Source: Dehalococcoidia bacterium
GTDB taxonomy: Bacteria > Chloroflexota > Dehalococcoidia > Lucifugimonadales > CATOSD01
Assembly: GCA_965217565.1 (NCBI GenBank)
Contig: CBDCIS010000009.1
Location: forward strand, 19,544 to 83,543
DNA length: 64,000 bases
Direction: 5' to 3'
Shown: piece by piece, positions 1 through 9,139 of the stretch
Layout: each line of letters begins with the position of its first letter
Numbering within the stretch: position 1 is the stretch's first letter
Notes under the pieces: generated by a model
Told to the model about the DNA's origin: nothing
What the model saw: the letters and a program-made list of their open reading frames with translations, nothing else
Databases searched by the model: none
Made by a program: the position numbers and the translations under genes

Positions 1-2
1 TG

Positions 3-80
3 GCGGCGTTCCCCCCCTACGCAGAGTATCAGAACCGGACGGCACGAAGGATTCCGGTGTTCGTTGCGGAACCGGCGTAA
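3..80 (+). CDS. 3' end of a gene starting upstream of the window (tail ...AAFPPYAEYQNRTARRIPVFVAEPA)
   Basis: Frame open from window edge to TAA at 78-80; too short to classify. Confidence 0.25.
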   Translation, partial: AAFPPYAEYQNRTARRIPVFVAEPA

Positions 81-318
81 TGGGGAACCGACCCGACACC
101 TGCCGTTGACATGCATGCTTCAAGGCGTCAGATCCTAATGATGTGTCGCTTCTTACGCTGGGCCTCGGTGCCATCTCGCAGCGTACTGTTCGCCTTAGCC
201 TGCCTTGCTGTGTTGGTCGCTCTAACGTCAACACAGAGCGCACAAGCGTAGCGCCGGTGAGCCTCTCGGAGGCTAAGAGGGTGTGTGAGAAGTCTTGGAT
301 ATGTATTAGAATGGAGGC

Positions 319-684
319 ATGAAACGCAAAGCATACCCCAGTGACCTGACTGATGAACAGTGGAAGATGCTCGCTCCGCTACTCCCGGCAGCCAAAACTG
401 GGGGAAGGCCACGTACTGTAGACCTGCGGGAAGTCGTCAACGGCATTCTATACGTTCTGCGCAACGGTTGCACGTGGCGAGCCATGCCGCATGACCTCCC
501 GCCTTGGGGTACTGTATGGTGGTATTTTCGGGAGTGGAGAGAGGATGGTACATGGGAACGAGCCAATGACGCTCTCCGAGTCAAGGTCCGGCAGGCCGAG
601 GGGAGGAACCCGACACCTAGCGCTGCTATCATAGACAGCCCCAGTCGGTCAAGACTACGGAAAAAGGGGGCCTCGTGGCTATGA
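319..684 (+). CDS. IS5-family transposase, N-terminal HTH part (orfA)
   Basis: LTDEQW...GRPR...[15 protein letters not shown]...WGTVWWYF motif typical of the DUF4096-type N-terminal domain of IS5-family transposases. Confidence 0.85.
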   Translation: MKRKAYPSDLTDEQWKMLAPLLPAAKTGGRPRTVDLREVVNGILYVLRNGCTWRAMPHDLPPWGTVWWYFREWREDGTWERANDALRVKVRQAEGRNPTPSAAIIDSPSRSRLRKKGASWL

Positions 685-1105
685 CGCTGGCAAGAAGGTC
701 AACGGTCGAAAGCGACATATCATTGTAGATACCATGGGGTTGCTGCTGGCGGTGGTGGTGCATCCTGCCAATATCCAGGATAGGGATGGGGCGAAGCTGG
801 TCATCGATAAATTGATAGGGAGGTTTCCCCGCATGAGGTTGGTCTGGGCCGATGCTGGCTATGCTGGAAAGCTGGTCGAGTGGGTCTGGGCCCTGACAGG
901 CTGGGCACTCGAGATTGTCAAGCGCCCCAGGGACAGCCACCGTTTTCAAGTGCTGCCGCGAAGATGGGTGGTCGAACGAACATTCGCGTGGCTCAGCAGG
1001 TGCCGTCGGATGAGCAAGGACTACGAAGCTCTGTCCGATACAACCGAGGCGTGGACCCATATAGCTATGATTCATCTCATGCTCCGACGCTTAGCACCAA
1101 CCTAA
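635..1105 (+). CDS. IS5-family transposase, DDE C-terminal part (orfB; frame open from 635, first ATG 734)
   Basis: ...[26 protein letters not shown]...VWADAGYAG...ERTFAWL... DDE-type motifs; lies in the +1 frame relative to orfA. Confidence 0.8.
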   Translation, partial: TAPVGQDYGKRGPRGYDAGKKVNGRKRHIIVDTMGLLLAVVVHPANIQDRDGAKLVIDKLIGRFPRMRLVWADAGYAGKLVEWVWALTGWALEIVKRPRDSHRFQVLPRRWVVERTFAWLSRCRRMSKDYEALSDTTEAWTHIAMIHLMLRRLAPT

Positions 1106-1297
1106 TTTGAACTTCTCACACACCCTCTAACAGGTCTCAGGACTGCCCGCCTTCAAAATCCCGCTCTTTCCACCAAGCCTCGCCCATCATTTCGAGCAAC
1201 CTCCCATCCAGTCACCGGTGAATCGGTCGGCCTCCTCTGAAATAGCTGGCTTGAGTTCCTCGAGGTCAACGGTAAGCACGGCGTTCCGCGCACGCTC

Positions 1298-1603
1298 CTA
1301 GATCAGTCGATCAACTCTGGCATGTTCTTCCAGCCACCCCTCTGCCTTCCCTTCTGTGAAGCATCCGCGTTGGTATCTCTCCGCAAATATGATCAGTCCC
1401 TCGACTACCATAACGCCCAACGCGCCCATCACGATAATGAACGGTCCCGCCCGTACCGCGCTCCGTAGTACAAATCCCGTCAGGCCGTCATTTCGGGGAT
1501 GGTTGAACTCATGAAATCCAGCTAGCCCAATTCCGAATGCCAGAACTATTCCAACAGCAATAAGAAATCGTTTCTCAGGCGTTCCTGTCGGTGGCATAGT
1601 CAA
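1298..1603 (-). CDS. small membrane protein, unknown function
   Basis: 101-aa ORF with two hydrophobic helices and a charged tail (AERYQRG..EGKAEGW); architecture resembles 45522-45950. Confidence 0.4.
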   Translation of the reverse strand: MTMPPTGTPEKRFLIAVGIVLAFGIGLAGFHEFNHPRNDGLTGFVLRSAVRAGPFIIVMGALGVMVVEGLIIFAERYQRGCFTEGKAEGWLEEHARVDRLI

Positions 1604-1695
1604 TCAATGGAGGTCCTCCGTACGCGGTGTGCAGATACACATTGACAGTCCAGCATATGGCAAGGTTTGTCAAGTCCAACGAACATTCCTAACGC

Positions 1696-1724
1696 TTGAC
1701 TCGGCCCTCTCGCACGTGTAGACT
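1696..1724 (+). promoter_or_regulatory. candidate sigma70-type promoter (TTGACT-17-TAGACT)
   Basis: Hexamers at 1696-1701 and 1719-1724 with a 17-nt spacer, about 250 nt upstream of the SDR gene. Confidence 0.3.
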
Positions 1725-1976
1725 CCCCCCCTAGAGACCCGCGTTCTCAGTTACAAACTTTGCACAGCGGTGATAGCGGCGGAGCTGTCAAAGGTACACT
1801 GAACGGTACACGGCTCGTCCTAAACGCACCCCATATACCCTATTTTGTAGCTAGCCTGGCACGGGTGCGAAACCCCTCGGTTCCCGCCATTTGCCAGCTA
1901 GACGAGACTGGGCGGCGTTTGCCGTCCATCGCAGACCGGGTAATCGAAAAGCAAAACACACTCGAAAGGAGACTAC

Positions 1977-2897
1977 ATGGCAGACACTTTGACGGGCAAG
2001 GTGGCTATCGTCACGGGCGCCGGCCGAGGCATCGGTCGCGGCATCGCGATGATGATGGCCGCGGAGGGCGCAAGCGTGGTGGTCAACGACATCGGCGGCG
2101 CGGTGGACGGCTCTGGGAACTCCACGAGTCCCGCCGATGAGGTGGTCAACGAGATCAAGGCCGCTGGGGGAACGGCCGTCGCCAGCTACGACTCGGTAGC
2201 CTCGATGGAGGGCGGCGAGACCATCGTCAAGACGGCCCTCGACAACTTTGGCAAGCTGGACATCGTGGTAACGCCCGCTGGAATCCTCCGAGACCGCATG
2301 GTCTTCAACATGACTGAAGAGGAGTGGGACGACGTTATAGCCGTTCATCTCAAGGGCACCTTCTCGGTGGTCAAGTACGCCTGCATCCTGTTCCGGCAGC
2401 AGCGCAGCGGGCGCGTGATAACGTTCAGCTCGGAGTCGGGCCTGGTAGGGAACACGGGGCAGGTGAACTACGGCGCCGCCAAGTCGGGCATCGCCGGCTT
2501 CACCAAGGTGGTGGCGAGAGACATGGGCAGGTACGGCGTTACGGCCAACTCCATCGCGCCGCGCGCCAGCACGCGCATGATTGCGACGATACCCGACATC
2601 GCCCGCCAGATGCAGCCCGACACGCCGGGCATGGGAGACCCGGCAGAGGCGGAGGCGATGGATCCCGACGACATAGCTCCCTTCGTGTGCTACCTGGCGA
2701 GCGACCTCGCGTCCAACATCAACGGGCAGACGTTCCTGGTGTATGGGAGCAACATAACGTTGATGTCCCAGCCGCGGCGAGTCCGCACGATTTTCAAGCA
2801 GGACCGCTGGACGCTGGATGAGATTAGCAAGCTCGCTCCCACAAAGCTGACGCAGGGGCTGGTCAATCCATCGCCGGCTCAGCCTCCCAGGCAGTAG
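1977..2897 (+). CDS. short-chain dehydrogenase/reductase (SDR)
   Basis: VAIVTGAGRGIGRGIA Rossmann motif, NYGAAKSG (YxxxK); GGAG upstream of the ATG. Confidence 0.85.
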   Translation: MADTLTGKVAIVTGAGRGIGRGIAMMMAAEGASVVVNDIGGAVDGSGNSTSPADEVVNEIKAAGGTAVASYDSVASMEGGETIVKTALDNFGKLDIVVTPAGILRDRMVFNMTEEEWDDVIAVHLKGTFSVVKYACILFRQQRSGRVITFSSESGLVGNTGQVNYGAAKSGIAGFTKVVARDMGRYGVTANSIAPRASTRMIATIPDIARQMQPDTPGMGDPAEAEAMDPDDIAPFVCYLASDLASNINGQTFLVYGSNITLMSQPRRVRTIFKQDRWTLDEISKLAPTKLTQGLVNPSPAQPPRQ

Positions 2898-2994
2898 GCG
2901 GGGCCTCGCGCGCTTACGCAGAAAACACAGAACAACAGATTCGAAGGGTAACGGTTCAGCCCCTACCCTATTCGTTTTCAGGAGAGAGTAACAC

Positions 2995-3924
2995 ATGGGC
3001 GACATGCTTAAGGACAAGGTAGCTATCGTGACGGGCTCGGGTCGAGGAATCGGCCGGGGCATCGCGCTGCTATTCGGGCAGGAGGGCGCGAGTGTGGTGG
3101 TCAACGACCTGGGCGCGGCGGTGGACGGTTCCGGTGACGCGGCTGCCCCCGCGGACCAGGTGGTGAGCGAGATCAAGGCCGCCGGCGGCGGCGGCGTCGC
3201 CAACTACGACTCGGTCGCCACCATGGAGGGCGGCGAGAACATCGTCAAGACCGCCATAGACAACTTCGGCAAGCTGGACATCGTGGTAACTCCCGCGGGA
3301 ATCCTGCGAGACCGCATGATATTCAACATGACTGAAGAGGAGTGGGACGCGGTGATAGCCGTGCATCTGAAGGGCACGTTCAGCGTGGCGAAGTTCGCCT
3401 CCATCCTCTTCAGGCAGCAGAGAAGCGGATGCCTGATAACCTTCTCATCGACGTCAGGCCTCTACGGCAACTCCGGGCAGGCCAACTACGGCGCGGCAAA
3501 GGACGGCATAGCCGGTCTGACGCGGTGCTTCGCCCGCGACATGGGACGCTACGGCGCGCGCGCCAACTCGATCTCGCCGGGCGCGGATACGCGCATGACG
3601 GCGACGGTTCCCGACAGCGCGCGGGAGATTCGGGCCGCGAGCGGAATCCAGAGCGCTTCCGGAGCGCAGCCGATTCGCCTACGGAGAGAGGCCGAGGACA
3701 TAGCGCCCATGGTCACCTGGCTGGCGTCGGACGCCGCCAAGGACGTGAACGGCCAGGTGTTCCACGTAACCGGCGGCGAGGTCTCTCTTATGAGCAACCC
3801 CGAACCCGTTCGCTCGCTGCACACGCAGGGGCGCTGGACGGTCGAGGAGATAGCGGCGATGTTCCCGGGAACCATCGGGATGGACCTGGTCAATCCGGCG
3901 CCGATGCAGCCGCCTCGGCAGTAG
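2995..3924 (+). CDS. short-chain dehydrogenase/reductase (SDR), tandem paralog of 1977-2897
   Basis: VAIVTGSGRGIGRGIA, NYGAAKDG; colinear high identity to the upstream SDR. Confidence 0.85.
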   Translation: MGDMLKDKVAIVTGSGRGIGRGIALLFGQEGASVVVNDLGAAVDGSGDAAAPADQVVSEIKAAGGGGVANYDSVATMEGGENIVKTAIDNFGKLDIVVTPAGILRDRMIFNMTEEEWDAVIAVHLKGTFSVAKFASILFRQQRSGCLITFSSTSGLYGNSGQANYGAAKDGIAGLTRCFARDMGRYGARANSISPGADTRMTATVPDSAREIRAASGIQSASGAQPIRLRREAEDIAPMVTWLASDAAKDVNGQVFHVTGGEVSLMSNPEPVRSLHTQGRWTVEEIAAMFPGTIGMDLVNPAPMQPPRQ

Positions 3925-3967
3925 GATCGACAATGGCCGGGGACGAGTTCCCCGCGTAAGGGATGTA

Positions 3968-4002
3968 GATGAAGCCCCGCGAATCTCTCGCGGGGCTTCA
4001 TC
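3968..4002 (+). terminator. perfect 15-bp stem hairpin after the SDR pair
   Basis: GATGAAGCCCCGCGA / loop ATCTC / TCGCGGGGCTTCATC; no clear T-run follows, so it could also be a REP-like element. Confidence 0.45.
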
Positions 4003-4062
4003 GTTAGTCAACTGGGGGCGTTTGTGGTAGATTATGCCTATCGCTTGCCAGGAGGACTGGAT

Positions 4063-6378
4063 ATGCCGGACTATGAGCCGAACGTGGTTCTTTCTACCCA
4101 GGATTATGAGGTGGTAGGCACCAGGCCCATACGCCACGATGGTTACGAGAAGGTGACGGGACGCGCGCGCTACGCCGCCGACACTCAGATGGCGGACCTG
4201 CTGCACGCCCGACTGCTTCGCAGCCCCCACGCCCACGCGCGCATAAAGTCGATCGACGCCAGCCGAGCGCTGGCTCTGCCCGGGGTCAGGGCCGTGGTTA
4301 CCGCCGAGGACCTGCCCGAGATCTCCGCCAACGCGCGCGAAGGCTCGATGCTGAACTACGGCTTCTACAGCCGCAACGTGATGGCGCGGGAGAAGGCGCT
4401 CTACGTGGGCCATGCCGTAGCGGCGGTCGCGGCTGCCACGCCGCATATCGCGGAGGAGGCGCTGTCCCTCATAGACGTGGAGTACGAGGTCCTGCCCGCC
4501 GCGCTCAATGCCTACGACGCCCTGAAGGACGACGCGCCCATTCTACACGAGCGGCTGCTCACCATGTCCAGCCCTGCATCCCGCGCGGGAGGCTACGCCG
4601 ACGCCGATGCCGAGAAGCCCACGAACCTCGCCAACAACTTCGAGTTTCGGATGGGCGACCTCGAAAAGGGATTCGAGGACGCGGACGTAGTGGTGGAGCG
4701 GGAGTTTCACACCAAGGCCGTTCACCAGGGGTACATCGAACCCCACTCCGCGACGGCGTACTGGGGCGACGATGACTACGTGACGGTCTGGACGAGCAGC
4801 CAGGGTCACTTCCCGCTACGTGACCACACCTCGACAATCCTCGGCATACCCGTTTCAAGGGTGAAGCTGGTTCCGATGGAGATCGGCGGGGGGTTCGGAG
4901 GCAAGGGCCAGGGCGGGTGCTACCTGGAGCCTTTGGCTGCCGCTCTCTCACGCAAGACAGGCCACCCAGTGAAGCTCACGATGAGCCGCGTCGAGGTGTT
5001 CCAGGGCACCGGCCCCACGTCGGCCACGCACATTCACGTGAAGATAGGAGCCACCAGCGAGGGCAAGCTGACGGCGGCTGAGGCGCGACTCATGTACGAG
5101 GCGGGCGCGTTTCCAGGGTCGCCGGTGCCGTCGGGTTGCAGGACGATGCTTGCTCCCTACGACATCGAGAACGTCTATATCGAGGGCTACGACGTGGTGG
5201 TGAACACGCAAAAGTCGGCGGCGTATCGCGCGCCCGGCTCCCCCACCGCCGCGTTCGCGGTCGAAACGGTGGTGGACGAGATATGCGAGAAGCTGTCGAT
5301 AGACCCTATCGAGTTTCGCCTGCGAAACGCCTCCAAGGAGGGCACGAGACAGGCCGCCGGCCCCGTCTTCCTGAAGATTGGCAACGTGGAGATGCTGGAG
5401 GCCGCGAGGGAGCATCCGCACTACCAGGACCCGCTCGATGGGCCAAACCGCGGCCGCGGAGTCGCGAGCGGCGCGTGGTTCAATGGGTCGGGTCCGGCGA
5501 GCGCGGTGGCGAGCGTGAACCCCGATGGCACGGTCAGCCTCGTGGAAGGTTCGCCCGACATCGGCGGCAGCCGCGCGGCCATGGCGATGCACGTCGCGGA
5601 GGCGTTGGGGATTCCCGTTGAACTGGTCAAACCCTCGATAGTCGATACAGACTCCATCGGCTATAGCTCCGGCGCCGGGGGCAGCGGCGTAACCTTCAAG
5701 ATGGGCAGAGCGTGCTACGAGGCGGCGCAGGACATCCGGGCGCAGATGGTGGAGCGCGCCGCGCGTATCTGGGACGTGAGCGCGGACGACGTGGAGTACG
5801 AGGACGGCGCGCTGCGTCACAAGGTTGACACCGAGCTTCGAATGACGTTCAAGGAGTTGGCGGCCCAACTCAACGGCACGGGCGGCCCAATCGTGGGGCG
5901 CGCCACGGTCAACCCCGGGGGCGTGGGCAACGCCTTCGCGTTTCACATAGTGGACGTCGAGGTTGACCCTGACACGGGCAAGGTTGACATCCTGCGCTAC
6001 ACCACTGTGCAGGACGTGGGCAAGGCCATTCATCCCAGCTACGTCGAGGGGCAGATGCAAGGGGGAGCGGTTCAGGGAATCGGCTGGGCGCTGAACGAGG
6101 AGTACTACTTCAACGACGCGGGCCAGATGCTCAACTCCAGCTTCCTGGACTACCGGATGCCAACGTCGCTGGACCTTCCGATGATTGACACCGTTATCGT
6201 CGAGGTGGCGAATCCCGGGCATCCCTATGGCGTGAGAGGTGTTGGCGAGGTGTCGATAGTGCCGCCCATGGCAGCGGTAGCGAACGCGATATACGACGCC
6301 GTCGGCGTCCGCATGACGGAGCTGCCGATGTCGCCCGGGCGCGTAGTGGAGGCGCAGCTGAAGAAGGACGCCGTTTGA
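4063..6378 (+). CDS. xanthine dehydrogenase/aldehyde oxidase-family molybdopterin-binding (large) subunit
   Basis: About 770 aa with the PMEIGGGFGGKG motif and typical N-terminal hammerhead region. AGGAGG lies 7 nt upstream of ATG 4063 (the ORF track starts at GTG 4024). Confidence 0.85.
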   Translation: MPDYEPNVVLSTQDYEVVGTRPIRHDGYEKVTGRARYAADTQMADLLHARLLRSPHAHARIKSIDASRALALPGVRAVVTAEDLPEISANAREGSMLNYGFYSRNVMAREKALYVGHAVAAVAAATPHIAEEALSLIDVEYEVLPAALNAYDALKDDAPILHERLLTMSSPASRAGGYADADAEKPTNLANNFEFRMGDLEKGFEDADVVVEREFHTKAVHQGYIEPHSATAYWGDDDYVTVWTSSQGHFPLRDHTSTILGIPVSRVKLVPMEIGGGFGGKGQGGCYLEPLAAALSRKTGHPVKLTMSRVEVFQGTGPTSATHIHVKIGATSEGKLTAAEARLMYEAGAFPGSPVPSGCRTMLAPYDIENVYIEGYDVVVNTQKSAAYRAPGSPTAAFAVETVVDEICEKLSIDPIEFRLRNASKEGTRQAAGPVFLKIGNVEMLEAAREHPHYQDPLDGPNRGRGVASGAWFNGSGPASAVASVNPDGTVSLVEGSPDIGGSRAAMAMHVAEALGIPVELVKPSIVDTDSIGYSSGAGGSGVTFKMGRACYEAAQDIRAQMVERAARIWDVSADDVEYEDGALRHKVDTELRMTFKELAAQLNGTGGPIVGRATVNPGGVGNAFAFHIVDVEVDPDTGKVDILRYTTVQDVGKAIHPSYVEGQMQGGAVQGIGWALNEEYYFNDAGQMLNSSFLDYRMPTSLDLPMIDTVIVEVANPGHPYGVRGVGEVSIVPPMAAVANAIYDAVGVRMTELPMSPGRVVEAQLKKDAV

Positions 6379-6440
6379 ATAGGGGTGCAGGGAATTGGCA
6401 GGATTGGACCGCCGTCCCAACGGCTGATGGCTTGAGGTGA

Positions 6441-7268
6441 ATGATGCAGGTTACGGATCACGTCTATGTCATGCACATCGATGATGGAGGCGTTGCCCAC
6501 CCCGGTGGCAGCAACAACTACTTCGTCGGCGATCCGAACGAGGAGATGACGCTCATCGACACGGGCGAGCACCACAGGGAGTGGACCCAGAATATCCTCG
6601 ACTATTACGAAGGGCTTGGACGCCCGAAGATCAACTCAATACTGGTTACGCATGGACACCAGGACCACGTTGGTGGGGCGGACAGGGTTTACGACGTGAT
6701 GCAGTCCCCCGTGCGCTGCCATCCCAAGCTCGTTGAGCGGCTCGAAAAGATGGTCGGCCAGGGAGCGGTTACCCCCTTGAAGTCGCGGGAGCTAATCCGG
6801 ATGGGCGGAGGAGCCACTCTGCGCGCGCTGTTCACGCCGGGTCATGAGGTGGATCACGTCTGCTACTATCTGAAGGAGGACCGCGCACTGTTCACCGGGG
6901 ACACGATCCTGGGCGCGTCCTCTTCGACTGTGGGCGACCTTGCCAGCTACATGAAGTCTCTCCGGTTTCTAAAGCGATTCAAGCACGACACTATCTGTCC
7001 CGCGCATGGGCCGGTTGTGCCGCCTCCGCGAGGTGGCAAGCTCGTTCAGTGGTACATCGACCACCGCGAGGAGCGGGAGCGGCAGGTGCTCGAGGCGCTT
7101 GGGAAGGGTCTCTCCGAGGTGGAAGAGATAGCCCGCGACATCTACCCGCGCAACCTGAAGAAGGGACTCCGCCACGCCGCGGAACGCAACGTATCCACGC
7201 ACCTGGAGAAGCTGAAGAAAGAGGGCAGAGTCGCTTCGGTCGCGGTGCGGTACAGTCTGAGCGAGTAG
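6441..7268 (+). CDS. MBL-fold metallo-hydrolase
   Basis: THGHQDHVGG (HxHxDH) motif. Confidence 0.8.
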   Translation: MMQVTDHVYVMHIDDGGVAHPGGSNNYFVGDPNEEMTLIDTGEHHREWTQNILDYYEGLGRPKINSILVTHGHQDHVGGADRVYDVMQSPVRCHPKLVERLEKMVGQGAVTPLKSRELIRMGGGATLRALFTPGHEVDHVCYYLKEDRALFTGDTILGASSSTVGDLASYMKSLRFLKRFKHDTICPAHGPVVPPPRGGKLVQWYIDHREERERQVLEALGKGLSEVEEIARDIYPRNLKKGLRHAAERNVSTHLEKLKKEGRVASVAVRYSLSE

Positions 7269-7290
7269 GCGCTGCCTTACAGAGGCAAAC

Positions 7291-7382
7291 CTTGTGGGCC
7301 CATAAGGGAACGCTGGTAGGGGCAGGTCTTGTGCCTGCCCTCTTTCCTATACCTGGGCGCCCACAAGGGAACGCCCCTACCA
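7291..7382. repeat. cluster of three REP-like units (family 1, consensus about GGGCGCCCACAAGGGAACGCCCCTAC)
   Basis: Units at 7296-7319 (+, degenerate), 7316-7340 (inverted) and 7355-7380 (+). Each has a short GC stem. The same unit recurs at 51690-51715. Confidence 0.7.
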
Positions 7383-7425
7383 ACTAAATTGATGCAGGTT
7401 CGCACATAGAGACAGAGGTGGCAGT

Positions 7426-8208
7426 ATGGATCTGATCGAAGCGGCGCCCAATCCCTTTGGTGGAGTGGTCGTGAACCCGGCAGGCCTGGATTATGACGTC
7501 GGCCGGTTTCGCACACGGCTCGCGCATTCGCTGGACGAGTGGGAGAGCGAGGGCTACAAGGTGGTGTGGCTGGAGATACCCATAGACAAGGCCGCGCTGG
7601 TTCCCGTGGCCGTGGAAGCGGGGTTCGCCTACCACCACGCCAAAGAGACCGATGTGCTGCTCACACGCCGGCTGGTCGATGGCGCGTTCATCCCGCCCTT
7701 CGCCACCCACTACGTCGGCGTGGGAGGCGTTGTGGTGAGCGACTCGGACGAAATCCTGGTGGTGTCGGAGAGGTACCGCGAGTGGAACCCGAACCGGCGC
7801 GGGCCAGCCTACAAGCTGCCCGGAGGCGCCCTCCAGCCGGGCGAACACGTGGCTGACGCCGCAGTGCGCGAGGTACTCGAAGAGACGGGCGTCAGAACGC
7901 GGTTCGAGTCGCTGGTCTGCTTCCGGCACTGGCACGGCTACCGCTACGGCAAGTCCGACATTTACTTCGTGTGCCGGCTCTCACCTCTGAGCGAAGAGAT
8001 TACGATGCAGGAAGAGGAGATCGAGGCGTGCCTGTGGATGCCGGTGAATGAATTTCTGGGCGAGGGCACGGTGGGCCAGTTCAGCAAGGACATCGTCCGG
8101 GCCGCCATGGAGAGTCCGGGAATATCCCCTTCACCGATGGACGGCTTTGGGGACGCCGACAGGTACGAGTTCTTCATGCCACCGATGGATGGCCTTTACC
8201 AGCCCTGA
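7426..8208 (+). CDS. Nudix hydrolase
   Basis: Nudix box GGALQPGEHVADAAVREVLEETGV. Confidence 0.8.
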   Translation: MDLIEAAPNPFGGVVVNPAGLDYDVGRFRTRLAHSLDEWESEGYKVVWLEIPIDKAALVPVAVEAGFAYHHAKETDVLLTRRLVDGAFIPPFATHYVGVGGVVVSDSDEILVVSERYREWNPNRRGPAYKLPGGALQPGEHVADAAVREVLEETGVRTRFESLVCFRHWHGYRYGKSDIYFVCRLSPLSEEITMQEEEIEACLWMPVNEFLGEGTVGQFSKDIVRAAMESPGISPSPMDGFGDADRYEFFMPPMDGLYQP

Positions 8209-8223
8209 CGCAAGGAGCTGCCC

Positions 8224-9060
8224 ATGACGGACAGGATAAGCGTAGGCGCCGCCGAGATAGTCTCCGTGCTGGACATGATCCCGCCTCCACGCGAACTCGG
8301 ACAGTTCTTCCCCGACGTTCCGCCAGAGAGTTGGACGCCGTACGGGGATGTCCTGGAAGATGGGCTGCTTCAGCTTTACTACGGCTGCTTCTTCGTGCGC
8401 TCCGATGGCAAGACGATACTCGTGGACACCGGCATGGGGCCGGGTCCTCACCCTGATCGGGGCAATCGCACGGGCGACCTGCTCAACCGGCTGCGCCATG
8501 AGGGCGTCCGGCCCGAGGATGTGGACATCGTGGTTCACACCCACCTGCACGCCGACCACGTGGGCTGGAACCTCGATATTTCGAGCAAGCCGCCAACTCC
8601 CAATTTCCCCGGGGCGCGCTACCTCGCGCCGAGACCGGACTGGGAGCACTTCACGAAGCCCGACGTGCTGGAGTCGGCTCCGCAAGTCAGGAACTACGTG
8701 GTTCCATTGCAGGAGCTTGGTCTGATGGATCTCGTGGACAGCGAGCACGTGGTTACAAACGGGGTTACCACGCTGGCGTCGCCGGGTCATACGCCGGGGC
8801 ACCAGGTGATTCTGATTAGCTCGCAGGGAGAGAAGGCCATGATAGTCGGCGACCTGCTGCATAGCCGCGTGCAGGTGCAGGAGCCCGACTGGTGCGCTGG
8901 CGTCGATACCGACAAGCCGCAGAGCCGCCGCAGCCGCGAGGCCGTGCTGAAGCGGGCGGAGAACGAGGGCTACGTGGTCGCGGCGGGTCACTTCCACCCG
9001 CAAGACCACATCGGCAAAGTCGTGCGGCTGGAGGGACGACGCTACTGGCAGGCGCTCTGA
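8224..9060 (+). CDS. MBL-fold metallo-hydrolase (lactonase-like)
   Basis: HTHLHADHVGWN motif, later SPGHTPGH. Confidence 0.8.
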   Translation: MTDRISVGAAEIVSVLDMIPPPRELGQFFPDVPPESWTPYGDVLEDGLLQLYYGCFFVRSDGKTILVDTGMGPGPHPDRGNRTGDLLNRLRHEGVRPEDVDIVVHTHLHADHVGWNLDISSKPPTPNFPGARYLAPRPDWEHFTKPDVLESAPQVRNYVVPLQELGLMDLVDSEHVVTNGVTTLASPGHTPGHQVILISSQGEKAMIVGDLLHSRVQVQEPDWCAGVDTDKPQSRRSREAVLKRAENEGYVVAAGHFHPQDHIGKVVRLEGRRYWQAL

Positions 9061-9139
9061 GCGCGCCCTGCCCTCCCCAATTGGCGCTGAATTCTGCCGG
9101 AAGTCTTAAGCGAGCGACGGTCCGAGGAGTTACGACACG

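Larger units (their letters stand above)
277..1127 (+). mobile_element. IS5-family insertion sequence, two-ORF type, 851 bp, copy 1 (called IS5-A here)
   Basis: 17-bp terminal inverted repeats GAGGGTGTGTGAGAAGT (277-293) and ACTTCTCACACACCCTC (1111-1127). Direct TAA on both sides (274-276, 1128-1130). Both listed transposase ORFs translate identically to the inverted second copy at 28276-29126. Confidence 0.9.

Noticed and set aside
1851-3203. Long antisense or overlapping ORFs (also 4948-6420, 8131-9009, 9239-10132, 21167-22066, 35783-36727, 42657-43661, 47905-49176, 52648-53808, 56245-57258)
   Set aside because: They are shadow ORFs opposite confident genes in GC-rich DNA. Their composition is Arg/Gly/Pro/His-rich with no recognisable motifs.
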